Part shown: positions 26,890-40,757 of the stretch, piece by piece
Layout: each line of letters opens with the position of its first letter
How positions within the stretch are numbered: position 1 is the first letter of the stretch
Origin: the human T2T-CHM13v2.0 reference genome, Homo sapiens
Strand: one strand, 5' to 3'
Assembly (NCBI RefSeq): GCF_009914755.1
Contig: NC_060937.1
Length of the DNA stretch: 64,000 nt
Made by a program: the position numbers and the translations under genes
Notes under the pieces: model-generated
Seen by the model: the letters and a program-made list of their open reading frames with translations, nothing else
Database searches by the model: none
What the model was told of the DNA's origin: nothing

Positions 26890-27346
26890 ATTTCTTTTTT
26901 CCTCATTTGTACAAATTTGAGGACAAGTGCAGTTGTGTTACATGCATCTATTGCATGGTGGTGAAGCCTGGGCTCTCAGTGTATTCGTCACTCAAATGTG
27001 TATGTACATTCCACTCTTTAGGTAATTTCTCATTACTCATCCCCCTCCCATCCACCCATCCTCCTAAGTCTCTGATGTCTGTTATTCCATACTTGATGTC
27101 TGTGTGTTTACCCTGTTTAGCTTCCACTTATTAGTGAAAATATGCATATTTAACTTTCTGAGTTATTTCACTTAGGATAATGGCTCCTAGTTCCATCCAA
27201 GTTGCTATAAAAGACACAAGTTCATTCTTTTTTATGGCCAAGTAGTATTTCATGGTATATAAACATACCACATTTTGTTTACTCAATCATCCATTGATGG
27301 ACACTTGAACACTTAGCTTGATTCCATATCTTTGTGATTGTGAATA
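26890..27346 (-). mobile_element. L1 (L1PB/L1MA-like) 3' end inserted in L2
   Basis: GTTATTTCACTTAGGATAATGGCTCCTAGTTCCATCCAAGTTGCT..CAATCATCCATTGATGGACAC. Possible diverged TSD GGGAACCAACATT / GGGCACTGACATT. Confidence 0.85.
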
Positions 27347-27549
27347 GGGCACTGACATTTAGAAGTCAATTAGAAGTGAATTGAGACTCAGCAAAGGAGA
27401 CAGAAAAGCTGTAGTCAGTGATGTTAGCAGAAAGCCAGGAGAGACCAGCCTTACACAATCCAAAAAAAAAAAAAGAAAGTATACCAAAAAAGGAAGTCAA
27501 ATATATCCAAATCCATAAAGGTCAAGAAACTACAAAGAAAAGCTAGTAT

Positions 27550-27800
27550 TGGCTATATACTAAACAGTCCATTGCTGGATCATCTGGTAGTTCTATTTTT
27601 AGTTTTCTGAGGAAACTCCATGCTGTTTTCCATAATGGCTATACTACTTTACATTCCTATCAGCTGTGCCTGAATGTTCCCCATTCTCCACATCCTCACC
27701 AGCATTTGTTATTTTTGTTCTTCTGATTAGAGCTATTGTAACTGGGGTGAGATGATATCTTATTGTGGTTTTGATTTGCATTTCCATGATGATTAGTGAT
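27550..27800 (-). mobile_element. L1 ORF2 3' fragment
   Basis: ATTGCTGGATCATCTGGTAGTTCTATTTTTAG..GGGGTGAGATGATATCTTATTGTGGTTTTGATTTGCATTTCC. Confidence 0.85.
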
Positions 27801-28809
27801 CAATTGTGTATTTGAATATGAGATGCAAACAGAGGCTACCACTGGGTATATTAAAATTTACCCCCAAAACACCCCCCAAAACAAAAAACGAAACAGGAAA
27901 TAATGGCAAAACATCAACTAAAACAAAAGTAGTAGGTACTGAGTCAATGGAGATGAAAACAGAGTTCTGGGTTAGTGGGGCTGCCATTTTCAAAACCAAG
28001 GAGGGAGGGTAGTGGAGTCAAACATGAGTCATTCAAGGCTTGGTGAGTGTCTCTGGAGAGGGATCAACTCATGAAGACCTCACTTTTATCTTTTTAAAAA
28101 ATATTCAGAGAGGGTCCTTGATTCCAGTAGAGTAGCTAATCTGAAGACTTCCCCCCCGCTTTCTTGCTGATTATATCAAATTCATTAAGATGCCTTGATT
28201 GTAGGACAAAACACTCAGTTTATCAGCTAATAAGAAAGAGTGATACATGCTAATTAAACAATGACACAATGTTTTACTTTCAAAGCTATAATTATGTTGT
28301 ATACTCATTGGAAGAGTTTTTTTAGACTAATTTGCTCATGGAATTAAAAAAAAATCACTCTTGTGTATACCTAAAACTAATGATTACATATAAAGAGAAT
28401 TGGTTAAATATTTTTAAAACTTCTTTACATTTGGAGTCTAACTCTTTTATATTATGTTTCAACTCAGCAAAGTCATCCATATTTTTGCACATGATATTAT
28501 AACCTATGCCATTAACAGCATTATAGCATTTCTTAAAAGCATTTTGAAGTTTTCTTCCAAGTTACTAACTTATGAATTTTGAAGCTGCTCTTTTTGTATT
28601 TGATTAATTTATAGCTTCATTTAACCTTATGAAATCATGCATCACTGAATATTAAACAGCTTCTGTTCAAAATCAGCATTAAATTTCTGACAAACTGATG
28701 TTTTCTGTCTTAATGATAGTTTTACGTGATTAATAGATGTATCAGTCAGCCTCTCGTCGTGAAATTTCTTTCATTGACTTTGAGGAATTTTTCACTTTCT
28801 CTTGCCTTC

Positions 28810-29015
28810 AGGTGCATTGCTTGGCATGCAGTACCAACAGTGCATAATTCATTTGAATGCATGACGATGTATACTACTATGACCAAGTTTGCATATGCAT
28901 GCACAGGAAATGGCAATTTATAATGACTTCCATCTGGCCCACAACAATTATAAACTCCATTGGTTTCAAAAACGTTAAAATGTGAAAAAATGTACATTTT
29001 AAAATTAATATAACA
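28810..29015. mobile_element. Possible ancient Tigger-family terminal fragment
   Basis: GTTAAAATGTGAAAAAATGT preceded by AAATGGCAA..GACTTCCATCTGGCC resembles old Tigger ends. Weak and recalled from memory. Confidence 0.3.
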
Positions 29016-29239
29016 TGAATTTACTTCTCATATTTTGGGTCCTTTTGCATATGAGAGTTACATAGGAAATAACATATTAATTGTTTTATAATGGCATTTT
29101 TGCCTTATTTATCAATCATGTATTAGCTAATTTATGTAACAGACACCCATATAGCCACTTTTTAAAAACAAAATAAAAAAAAAAAAAAACACACATAGCA
29201 AATCAGAATGTACTGAATTTCTAGATTATCTTATAGCTA

Positions 29240-29584
29240 GGGAGTGGCTATATGACAGTTCTGTCCATTGACATGTAAATTGATTTCTCCTGGATTTCTT
29301 GGGAAAGTTTTTACATTCCAAAGGGACATATGAGCTGATACAACCACCCATACCACTAATCTGACTTTGAACACAGACATGTTGTCTGAAGATGTAGTGC
29401 CATCTTGCAACCATTGGGTAACACCCATGTGAATGGGGGCCAATATAAGATGGCAGAACAGAATGATAACACACTAGGTTAGGAGTAGTTTCATTGGGAG
29501 GCAAGTGAATCATCAGGAGTTCAAGACCAGCCTGGCCAACATGGTGAAGATGTTTAGTAGAGATGGGGATCTCCACTAGAAAAA

Positions 29585-29644
<60 letters not shown>

Positions 29645-29886
29645 TATAAGCTGGGTGTGGCCACATGCACGTATAATTCCAGCTACTTGAGAAACTGAGG
29701 CAGGAGAATTGCTTGAACTCAGGAGGTGGAGGCTGCAGTGAGCAGAGTAGTTTCCATGAACAGATAAAGTATTTCCAGCAACTGCCTATCTCTAGACTTT
29801 TTATATGAGGAAAAGAAACTCTTATTTGTTTAAGCCTCTGTTAGTTGGAATATATGTGATTTGCAGCCAAATATTTTGCTAATACA
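29240..29886 (+). mobile_element. Old MLT1 (J/K/L-like) LTR interrupted by an Alu fragment
   Basis: GCCATCTTGCAACCAT, AGATGGCAGAACAGAA, and CTGCCTATCTCTAGACTT..TTGTTTAAGCCTCTGTTAGTTGG..TTGCAGCC..CTAATACA end. Confidence 0.65.
29494..29744 (+). mobile_element. Atypical Alu fragment (both ends missing) with (TA)n at ~29590-29642
   Basis: CAGGAGTTCAAGACCAGCCTGGCCAACATGGTGAA...GAGGCAGGAGAATTGCTTGAA..TGCAGTGAGC, with no A-tail. Confidence 0.9.
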
Positions 29887-30316
29887 ACTTATATTGGCAT
29901 ACTCAAAAGTTTAGCTTTCTGCATTGGGTTTTCACTCTTAAATATAACCAGGTACTCTGATTATCTCCTTTTTTTTTTTTCTGGAAACTGTTCTGAATTA
30001 CTCATTGGTTCTCATTTTTGGGGAGGTTTTCCTATACCAACTTGCTGTTCTCAGATTCTCCAGGTTTTGTCTGCCTGTTTCATCCAATTCTTAAGAATTG
30101 GCTACCAATTCAATTTTCTGTCATACTGATCCACACACCTGATTGAAAGCAGTAAAGTTAATCATTTCCAGAGCTGGTTTTTTTATACCTCTTAAATTCA
30201 TTGCATATTGTTTGCTCACTTACAAGGAATAATCTCCCATAAAGGTGACCTCAATCTGAATACCAGTTTATATAAGAATATGGCTGAAACCTTTTTGCCT
30301 TTTCTGGAATACTGAG

Positions 30317-30564
30317 TGCTATGGTTTGAATGTGTCCTCCAAATTTCATGTGTTAGAAATCTAATCCTAAAATTCATATGTTGATTGGAGATGAGGCCTT
30401 TAGGAGATAATTAGGATCAGCTAAGGCTCTCACCAGATGCTGGTGCGGTGCTCTTGGACTTCTCAGCCTCTGCAACAGTGAGCTAAATAAACCTCTATTC
30501 CTTATATTAATAAATTACCCAGTCTGTGGTATTCACTTATAGCAATAGAAAATGAGCTAGGACA
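30317..30564 (+). mobile_element. MSTC/D-like solo LTR, internally deleted
   Basis: TGCTATGGTTTGAATGTGTCC...TAAATTACCCAGTCTGTGGTATTC..GGACA with TSD CTGAG/CTGAA. Confidence 0.8.
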
Positions 30565-31606
30565 CTGAATGACCAAAATGTCTCCAAATGTGATTTTAGT
30601 GGTGAGTCTGAGATTCAATACAGAAAAGAACTATTTCAGATAGAGTTAAGATGAGAATCTCCAAAGTAGAACAAGTGGGTAGCTATTTTCAGGTGAAGAA
30701 TCATGAAATAGAGTTCAAAGTTCTGCTGATAAGCAAAATAAATGTCATTACCTTTAGGTCAGAGCAAATCAATATTCATGGAAGCTTTCATTGCTGATCT
30801 ATAACCCAGGAAGAAATTATTGGTGTGTAACTCTTCTAACTATAGTTCTCAAGAAATAGATAAAGGCAAAATGATAACTGCTTAAATCTGTTGACTAAAA
30901 TTAGAATTTTGTAGGTTTCCATTCATTTTCACATAACTTATGTCAAAATATTTATTTGGGTCTATAGTGGAAAGAACTCTTCTCAATCTTAACTAGTAGA
31001 AAGAAATTAAAGTTAGTACTGATAGAAAGAGCAGTCAAAAAAAAATTACTAAGAATATAGTAGATTAGCCAATAGGCTCCTACCTGAGGAAGGAAGAGTC
31101 CTTGCGAAGCTTGAAAAGATCCACTTGAATTTGGGCAAGAAATCAAAACATGGTTCAAATTAAGGGCATTATAGCTCTATTTCTACATTGCCTGATGAAT
31201 TGTTAACAGCTTTTAACCTTTTATTGCAATAAAGTATATTTCTAAGAGAGTGTTTCTCTCTCTTTAAAAATATTTCTATTATATATATTTTTATATTTTA
31301 ATAATATTGGTCAATAATTTATTAACTTTTTTGTTTTTAAAAGGAGAAAAATAATCCCTAGTTTAGGAAAGACAGTCCAGTTAAGAGCTTGCCTTTTAAA
31401 GTACTTTCTGCTCCCTGAAGAGATCCTTTTAGCCTTCGAAGCACATCACCTCTGACAGTATTAAATTTCTCCAAGAGAAGGACTAAAAAGGGATCGTATG
31501 GAAAAGTAAACACAAAAATTCCTCAACTTACTGGCTGAGGTTACTGACATATTATTAAAAAAGAATTGAATTTTAAGAACTAAATACTTCATTTTCCAAG
31601 GGTTTA

Positions 31607-32115
<509 letters not shown>

Positions 32116-34929
32116 AAGGGTTAATTTTGGTCCTTAAACCCTATGGCACCTGTGAAGGTGGTTTCACAGCATTCAGCAGTTTTTGTTTTAGTAGCTAACT
32201 TAATAGCTAACAATAATTTAAGGAACTTGAATTTTCATAATGTACTTTTTACTAAGTACATTAGTAACTTTGAGCTCAAAACATTATTTCCATATGGATT
32301 ATTTCTCTGGAACACTATTTAAACTAAAGGAAAAAAAATGTATACTCTCAACCTACTAGTGTGAAATAAAAGATACAAGTTAAGCCAAGGGAAAATACTC
32401 TTAAATAGCCTACTGGACCATCATAAGATAAATATTTTAGACCAGGTGCAAAGAGTCCATTCCACTCTTCAATTTAATTTGCAACGCAATATTAACTTGC
32501 TAGTTTGATCATACATGCAATTGAGAAAATGAAATTACATGAATATAAAGTTTAAAATTGGAGCAAATATCTCTTCAGTTATGTAAGTGACTTCATGATG
32601 TGTACATTTTATTCACATATTTTGTAAAATGTTCTAGTAGAGTATTAAGAGATTTGCTTTTACCTCTTCTCCACTTAAATGGACTGGAAGGCTAGATAGC
32701 CTATCTCTTGTTTTTGTAAAGATGATCAGAAAAGTAAAGTACTGTGAAATTATTTAGACACTCCTCCACCCTCCTCCTTTTTTTTAAAAGCAGGAATTCT
32801 AATAAATTCATTGAAAGGTTATAGAATCAGTGATCACAGTCAATGATGAATAAAGGTGTAAAGACATTGTTCCTACTGTGGAGATAGTACAACAGATATC
32901 AAATTGGTCTATATTGATTACTGGCAAGTTGCTTGCTCATCTTTGTAAGTCTTTAACAATTTTCCTAAATTTTGTAGATATTAAGGTTTTTCCGTCCTAC
33001 TTTTTGTAATGCTGTAATGCTGTCTTTATTCAACTCTTGAAAAGTCATGCCAGACTTCAAAATGCTATGCAATCTTAATATTGACATGAGAAGTGAGCAC
33101 AAATACTTGCAAACTCTCATAGTTAATTCCACAAGAGTTTCTTTAGATGAGCTCTAGGCAACAGTTATCACATATTCTTAAATGGAAAATCTGTTTCTCC
33201 AAATTTCAACTAAATAGTTTTTGAGTTGATTATTCTCAAACTTTCTTTGTGCAACTCTTGTAAGATGTTGAAAAACTGTATATTCGCACATACAATATTA
33301 AACTTTCATTTAAGATGTAACTTTTATCACATTGCATATGTTTATATTTTAAAACAAAACCATCAAATTACCTTTTAAAAAGTTTTCAATGGAAATAAAT
33401 GCCAGAGCAATTTGATACTCATCATCAGCTGTTGAAAAAATCACACATGAATATTCTTCAACAGTTAACAATTTTTACTTCATTTTTCCCTGTGATCTTA
33501 TATTTATTCCTCTTACTCAACAGAATTTTACATTAATGTAACATATGTTTTTGCTTGATAGATCAGAGTAATATATTTTATTCAACAAAACTATGTATAT
33601 AAATTAAAATGTTATTTCTTGTGATCAATAATGTCCTAAGTGGTTAACATCTTCATTGAGTTATCATTATAATTATTATCAGTTCAAAATGACCATAAGA
33701 ACAGAAACCTAAAATTGTTGATAAATAATCAAAATTTATATTTATATGATTTTAAAAATTAATTGATGTATTGATGTGAGAATGAGATAATTCAGCACTA
33801 GTTCCATGCTGTTTTTCTTTTTTATTAAGTGCTGAAAAACACATAGAAATAGATACAAATAAATAAGTTACTTTGAACTCCTACCTTATTTGTTAAAAAT
33901 CACAGACTGAACTGTCATCAAAAATTATGTTTGATCTCTACCGATTAATAGCTTTAGGCCATTTTTGTTTTTCAGTTTTGTCTTAAGCAAATAATTGGTA
34001 ATTACCTGTCTTGGAAATGGATTTGTTTCCCAGTTACTAATGCCTTTTGCCTTTTCAGCATCCTCTATTGAAATTACCCTTTGCTGCTTTGGTGGTTTTC
34101 AGAGCTTGGGGCAATTCACCACAACAGGTTTCTGGATGTAGGAAATATGTGTCTTTTTTTTTTTTTTTTTTTTTGTCAAGTGGGAGAAGGACAACTGGGA
34201 CAGGAGAACCAACATCATAAGTTCTTTGGTTTATCAAGTGTTTGAGAAAAAAATACAAAAGACACTTGATACTCTGGAAATTGATACTCGTAACTTTTTT
34301 GTATTACATGCCCCTTCAAAAGTTTCCAGCTATAGACAAAGAACCCCGATTATTCCATATTCATTGCTTTGGAAACTCTCAAAGCTCTATGTCTTCTTTA
34401 TTAATGTATTTAAGAATTAGTTTTTTATTCTACTACAATGCAAAAGGAGCAAGTTGACTTTCTCATCCCATCAAGACTGTTGGTTTAAGCAGGGAAATGG
34501 TGATGGTAGGGAAAGAGATAGGAAGGAAAAAATGTGAAATAACAAAGAAAACCTCATTCTACTTTGGTGTCAAGGCACTTAGGTCTAATTTCCTTAGAAA
34601 AAAATGAGTACCTCATTTCATTTAGCCAGAACTCTTTCCCAGGAGATTTTAAGCCAAGATTATTTTGAGATCATGTAAATATACACTTCCTCACCAAACT
34701 TTTACCTATTAACTTTGAAAGCCATAGGTGATTTTCTTATTTCTGCAATCCTTCTATGTTTATTAGTTAGCATTTTGCTGTAAATAAGTATCTTTCTGCC
34801 TATTTAAATCTCTATGGACTTGCAGATTCTTATTTTATTCCATGAATTAAAAACCGTTACATCATTATCTCTCTTTTTGCTGAAATTTTCCTGGATTTGT
34901 CCTATATTTGAAAAATAATTCAGAGTGTA

Positions 34930-35480
34930 CAGATAGATAAGAGAGTGCTTATGGCAATTTAAAAAGATTCATCAGGATGAGAATGCAAAAAGGAATATAG
35001 AGATTAACTATGAGGAAAGCAATCAAAATGAATGAAAATAAATATAACTTAAAATGATTAGAGATAAAATGATATCTAGGGAGACAGACAAAGGAGATCT
35101 AACCTACACTTATTGGAAATTCCTATATAATAGATGAGAATAAATACTTGAAATATGATTGAAGAAAATATTAACTTTGAAATGGCATGTCAGGTCTTAG
35201 GAAAAATTAACATGTTATGATCAACACGGAGACATATCCTAATACAACTGCTGAACTTTGAAGATAAAGAAAGAATCCTTTGGACAATCAGGCAAAAGCA
35301 ATAATTCATCTCTAGAGAGTAAAAACAAAACAGGCTGACATCAGACTTCTCAACAGTAGTATTTAATTCTAGAGGACAGTGGAGAAATGTCTCTAAAATT
35401 TTCAAGAAAAGAAAGTATGACCCAAGTATCTTATATCATCCAAATTTTCATTCAAATATAAAAGCAGTAAATAATTTTTA
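34930..35480 (+). mobile_element. Ancient L1M/HAL1 ORF1-region fragment
   Basis: AGACATATCCTAATACAACTGCTGAACTTTGAAGATAAAGAAAGAATCC, CAGGCTGACATCAGACTTCTC and AGAGGACAGTGGAG are L1 ORF1-type motifs. Confidence 0.7.
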
Positions 35481-35499
35481 ATGTTCATTAACTCTGAAA

Positions 35500-36345
35500 A
35501 TACTAGGAAAATATTTGCAATTCATATCACAAAGTGCCAACTTTTATGTATCTGTAAAGAACAGATACATAAGATTTTTTAATATAAAGAATCTTATATA
35601 AAAAACTCTAGATAGACCAGTAATCCAAAAGATAAATGAGCAAAGATTATGACCAGTTTACATGAAAGGAAATATAAATGGCTCTAAAATATACATGGAA
35701 AGGTATAAATCTCATTCATAATGAGAAATACAAATGAAAGTTATACTGAAATATCTTGATTGACCCATTAAATTGGAAAAGATCACAAAGCTTGGTAACA
35801 CTGAGCATTAGTGAGTGTGTGTGAAAGAGGCATTTAAAAAAATCTATGTAGGGTAATTTAGCAACATTTATCAAAGTTACAAACACACATACTCTTAAAA
35901 TTAGTAACTCTACTTCTGGGAATTTATCTTAGAGATTACTTACCTATGTACAAAATGACATGTATAATACAAGTCATTGCAGCATTGTTTGAAATAGCAA
36001 AAGACTGAAAACAAACTAAATGTCTATCAACATAGAGCTGGTCAAATAAATTATGATACATCCATTCAATAGAATACTATCTACTGAAAAGAGAAAGTAA
36101 ATTTATTGCTGTTAGGGGATAAGTTCCATGGTATTTTTTTCCTTGGAAAATAAGCTCCCAGGTAAATAGAATATCATTTGTGTAAAAGGAAGGAATATAT
36201 TTGCTCATATATGCATTGAGCATTATATATGATATTGTTATTAGTTGCCTCTGAAGAGGAGAACTAGGTGGCAAGATAGGAGTTAAGGAAAATTTATTAC
36301 TCTATTCTCTGCACTTTTGGAATTTTGAGGCATGTGAATGCACGA
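35500..36345 (+). mobile_element. L1ME-like ORF2 end and 3' UTR
   Basis: GAAAATATTTGCAATTCATATCAC, CTACTTCTGGGAATTTATC, CATTGCAGCATTGTTTGAAATAGCAAAAGACTG. Confidence 0.75.
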
Positions 36346-37769
36346 CGTTTTAATCAGTCAATAAGCAAGCAAAAAAAGTGTCATAGTTAAAGAGGAGAAC
36401 TTTTTTATAATACTAGAATTTCTAATTTTTCCTAAGTCTAAAAACAGTGGTTAAGAACACTTGATTATCTAAGGCAAAGTCAATGCAGGTTCATCCTTGT
36501 TTAGACCTCAGTATCTCATATGTATATTCACAGTCATTATGACTTAAGTCAACACTTAAGACGTTTTCTTTTACACATTTTTCTTCACTGAAATGTTCTG
36601 AGTTCCTTCATGCTATTCTACTTCTAATTGCTGTGTGCAAGGTTGTTGTCCTGGACTATACTTCCTAAACTGTCTACTGCTATGATAAATTACTCAAGTT
36701 GTGATTAACAAGGTCCTTTAATCATTCCTTTAGCAGTTTTCCCACTGTGATTACTGGTGCATCCCTGTTTTCGACCATACACTCATGGTACAGGCAGGTC
36801 CTGTCTAAAGAAATGCATTATTAGGGCTATTGGATGGGTCATATTTTAGGGTCTCAGTCATCATTACCAATTTTTAAGAGAATTATTAATACAACTTGCC
36901 AACAGAATAAGAATAGATGAATCTATAACCATCCAAGCTGATATGCCCATTAAAGAGAATTTTGAATGATTCTTGTTTGAACGTTATAGATTCTGATCTG
37001 AAACTATTTTGACTAAATGTAATAAAATTTCAGAAAAGTCAGTGTTTGCAATCAGAGGACAGTTCGTAATCAAGAAACTTTATTTAATAAATGGAATCCT
37101 TTGGTGACTGTGAATTTTGTAACCATTTTGCCTAGCTCAGGGCCTGGTGCTTACTAATTATTCACCAAAGAGAAAAATAAAAGAATTAGCCCTACATTTG
37201 AGCAGATTTTAGCTTTGTCATTGTAAAGAAAAATGATTACTGTGTTAAAGATATTATGCTGAGTTTTAAAGAGTGCACTAAGGAAAATAAATTAGGAAGC
37301 ACATAATAAATTATCAGTTTTAGCAATAGAAAGGGTTAAAACTTTCGTTTGAAATAAAGTTTTGTAATAACTGCACAAGTAGCTACTTTTCAGTTTTGCA
37401 CATTAAAATTGTTTTATTTTTATTTTTTGGTAATTTTGGGAGGAAACAGGTTTAACAATATGTAACAAGTTTTTTGTCTTTGGAAATTGTAATCTTTGCT
37501 TAAAAGTAACATAACAAAAAGATTTGTTGCAGGTTGGGCAAAACACCACACAGTTACTGAAGTTTTAATATTTAAAATGCATTAATATATTTATTTTCAA
37601 TGCTTATCAATAAAATTGAGGAAATCAGTTATTACTTTCAATTATATAATTTATTGATATTTTGGTGAATTCACTAGTATTTAATAAAACCAGAATATTA
37701 TATTTGCCTTGTAAATAAATACAATGTTAATAAAGAAGATATATAGAATATGCTATTTTATTATATGTC

Positions 37770-38105
37770 TGCCATGGTCTGAATGTGTCCTTCCAAAATT
37801 CGTATGTTGAAACCTAATCGCCGACGTGATGGTGTTAGCGGTGGAATATTGGGAGGCAATTAGATCATGAGAGTGGAACCCTCATTAATGGGATCCATGC
37901 TCTGTAAAAGAGGCCCCAGAGAGCTGCCTTTTTCTTTTCACCTTGTCAAGACACAGCTAGAATTAGAACCTCACAAGGTACTGAACCTGCCAGTGCCTGA
38001 ATTTTGGACTTCCCAACTTCCAGAATAGTGAGAAATAAATTTCTGTTGCTTAGAAGCTACCCGGTCTAAGGTATTTGGTTATAGCAGCCCAAATGAACTA
38101 AAACA
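37770..38105 (+). mobile_element. MLT1A0-like solo LTR
   Basis: TGCCATGGTCTGAATGTGTCC...TTATAGCAGCCCAAATGAACTAAAACA with TSD ATGTC/ATGAC. Confidence 0.85.
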
Positions 38106-38632
38106 ATGACATTAAAAAATTTTTTGGTGGTTTTTATGACCAAATTGTTAAGTTTGGATTTCTGACTTATTTACATAGTACAACTTTGTGATAAAGTGGA
38201 TGGATGGTTTACAGAGAACAAAATTCCCTTCACCTTAACTCCATCTCACTTCTGTATAAATAGAATAACAGCATTAAAACTAAAAAAGTAACAATGTTTT
38301 AGGCATTTTTTCGATAAATAAACATTTTTTGAAAGCCTCCCAAGAGTTAGCCAACTTTGTCATATTTTAATTCTGTGCCAATTTTCTTTGTCTCATGTGT
38401 ACTATAGGATATTACTATAGGAAATTAAATTTTAGTATTGTAATCCTTCAACCCCACCTCAAGGGTGCAGTGCAATCTGTGACTTACTAGAAGGTAGACT
38501 GTAATTGTTTGAGACCCTATCTTTTTGTATTCTGATATATTACCTTCTCATTTTGGACAGGTAATTAAAGTTTGAAGATAAACCATTTTTTTTTCTTTGC
38601 TTAACCATCCTCAGCATTTATGGCTTCCCTGA

Positions 38633-39193
38633 TGTTATGGTTAATATTAAGTGTCAACCTGATTGGATTGAAGGATGCAAAGCATTGTTCCTGGGTGTGT
38701 CTGTGAGGATGTTGCAAAAGGAGATTAACATTTGAGTCAGTAGACTAAGAGAGGCAGACCCACCCTTAATCTGGGTGGGCACCATCCACTCTGCTGCTAG
38801 GGCTAGGGCTAGAAAAAGCAGACAGAAGAAGGTGGCATCAGCAGACTTGCTGAGTCTTCCAGCCTTCAACTTTGTCCTGTGATGGATGCTTCCTGCTGTT
38901 GAACATCAGACTCTAAGTTCTTCGTCTTCGGACTCTTGGACTTACACCAGTGGTTTGCCAGGGACTCTCAGGCCTTTGGCCACAGACTGAAAGCTGCACT
39001 CTCGACTTCTCTACTTTTGAGGTTTTGGGACTTGGACCAATTCACTACTGGCTTCCTTGCTCCTCAACTTGCAGACAGCCCATCATGGGACTTTACCTTG
39101 TGATTATGTGAGGCAATTCTCCTTAATAAACTCCTCTTCACATATACATATATCCTATTAGTTCTGTCCTTCTAGAGAACCCTGACGAGTACA
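38633..39193 (+). mobile_element. MLT2A2-like solo LTR (HERVL)
   Basis: TGTTATGGTTAATATTAAGTGTCAACCTGATTGGATTGAAGGATGCAAAG...CTAGAGAACCCTGAC..TACA with perfect 5-bp TSD CCTGA. Confidence 0.9.
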
Positions 39194-40188
39194 CCTGATT
39201 TTTACCATGTTCAGAGCATATAGCAAGAGCCAAGCATATGCATTCATTGATGGGCCACTCCACCAAGTTCTCTGGAAAATTCCATGCACATAGCAATACT
39301 GGAGAACAAGGGAGCAAGAATTAATACAAGTGAACAAACATGTATAAAACAATTGCAACTGTACAGAGATTATGTTCCTGAATCCAAATGGTTTTTGAGT
39401 GTTTAGAATAGATGAACTTGAAGCTTGTTAGAATATATTAAGAAAAGTTTCATAAAAGGGTAAATAAAAACTTAAATCAAGTTATGAATAAAAGAAACCA
39501 AGAATAGTAATGGATGAACTCAGCACATAGATTAATACTCATTGTTAAATCAATTAATGACATAGGTTTACTTGATACTAGTAAAGACTACAAAACTATA
39601 TAAACACACTTAAGTAAGAGTAGTGCAACTTGGGGAGAGTAAAACATAGGTAAATGATGATTGAAAGTAAAATGAATTACTATGACAGGGAATGATCATA
39701 TCAGAGCACTTAGAGAAAATGACTTTTGTCATTGTTGTATTTATGTATAGATGGCAGTTCTTTTGGATACGTCAGGGACTGTGGAGTTGGACAGACCTTG
39801 GTCCAAATCCCAGCTAAGCCACTTAATAGCTAAAGAATTTGGGAAGGGGGCCCATGAGAAGGGGTGACAAATTCTATGTGTTTTAGTATCTTAATTAAAT
39901 AGAAGATAATGTGTACTTTTTAGGGTGAGGTTGGAATTTGAAACAGTTTGATGCTATCCAAATCATAGCTATTTTATGATTAAAAAGCAGGTCAGCTTAT
40001 GATTCACTTTTATAGCTTCCAAAATGATAGAAAACAAAGACTTGAAAAGGTAATGAAGAGTGAAAGTGGCTAAAAAATATGTATGACACATGTTTCATCC
40101 TGTGTAAATGGAGTAATCCTGTAACAGTAAGCATATTGGGCAAGTGAAAACAAAGGTTTCGATGATAAAACAATGGTTTAAGTTTCAT

Positions 40189-40489
40189 AGACTATGGTTT
40201 GTAGATACCAGGACATATGATATGGGAGATATATAGTTTCAGAAATCATTTAATTAATATATGAAATGAAACGTAGTTGGTCCTAGAGGCTCCAAGGGCA
40301 AGAATATGTATGGTGAAATCATTGAGGGATAGGGAATGAATTGGTCCTCCATTATGTTAGGCCATCTTAAAATCTCTTTCAAGCGTTTCAAGAGTCTCTA
40401 TACAAGTTACTGTGTTAATTTATCCATTTTGCATTTATTTAATATTTAAGATACGTTAAGTCTCTGAGTTTTAAATGATTTGTATAATT
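40189..40489. repeat. Diverged direct duplication, copy A (partner 43778-44066)
   Basis: Colinear shared blocks TTCAGAAATCATTTrATTAA, AGTTGGTyCTAGAGGC..CCAAGGGCAAGA, TGAAATCATTGA, TTTTGCATTTATTTAAyATTTAAGATA. Confidence 0.85.
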
Positions 40490-40757
40490 TTTAACCTTTT
40501 TCACAAGGGTTCCTTGATGTATCTGAAGCTATTGCAATCAACTAGAGACTTTTTCCTATATAAAGCAAATTAAAAATTTGAAACATCAGTTAGCAAGAGG
40601 TTCATGATTTCTAAAATCACCCGTAGTAAAATTCACAATTTCAGATCTAGAAGAGACTATCAACATGTCAAAGTCAAGTCTTCATGGAAAACATCAAGAC
40701 ATCAAGGCTTAAAATGCTCATCATAAATATTCTATGAAAAGCATATAGTAATGAGAG

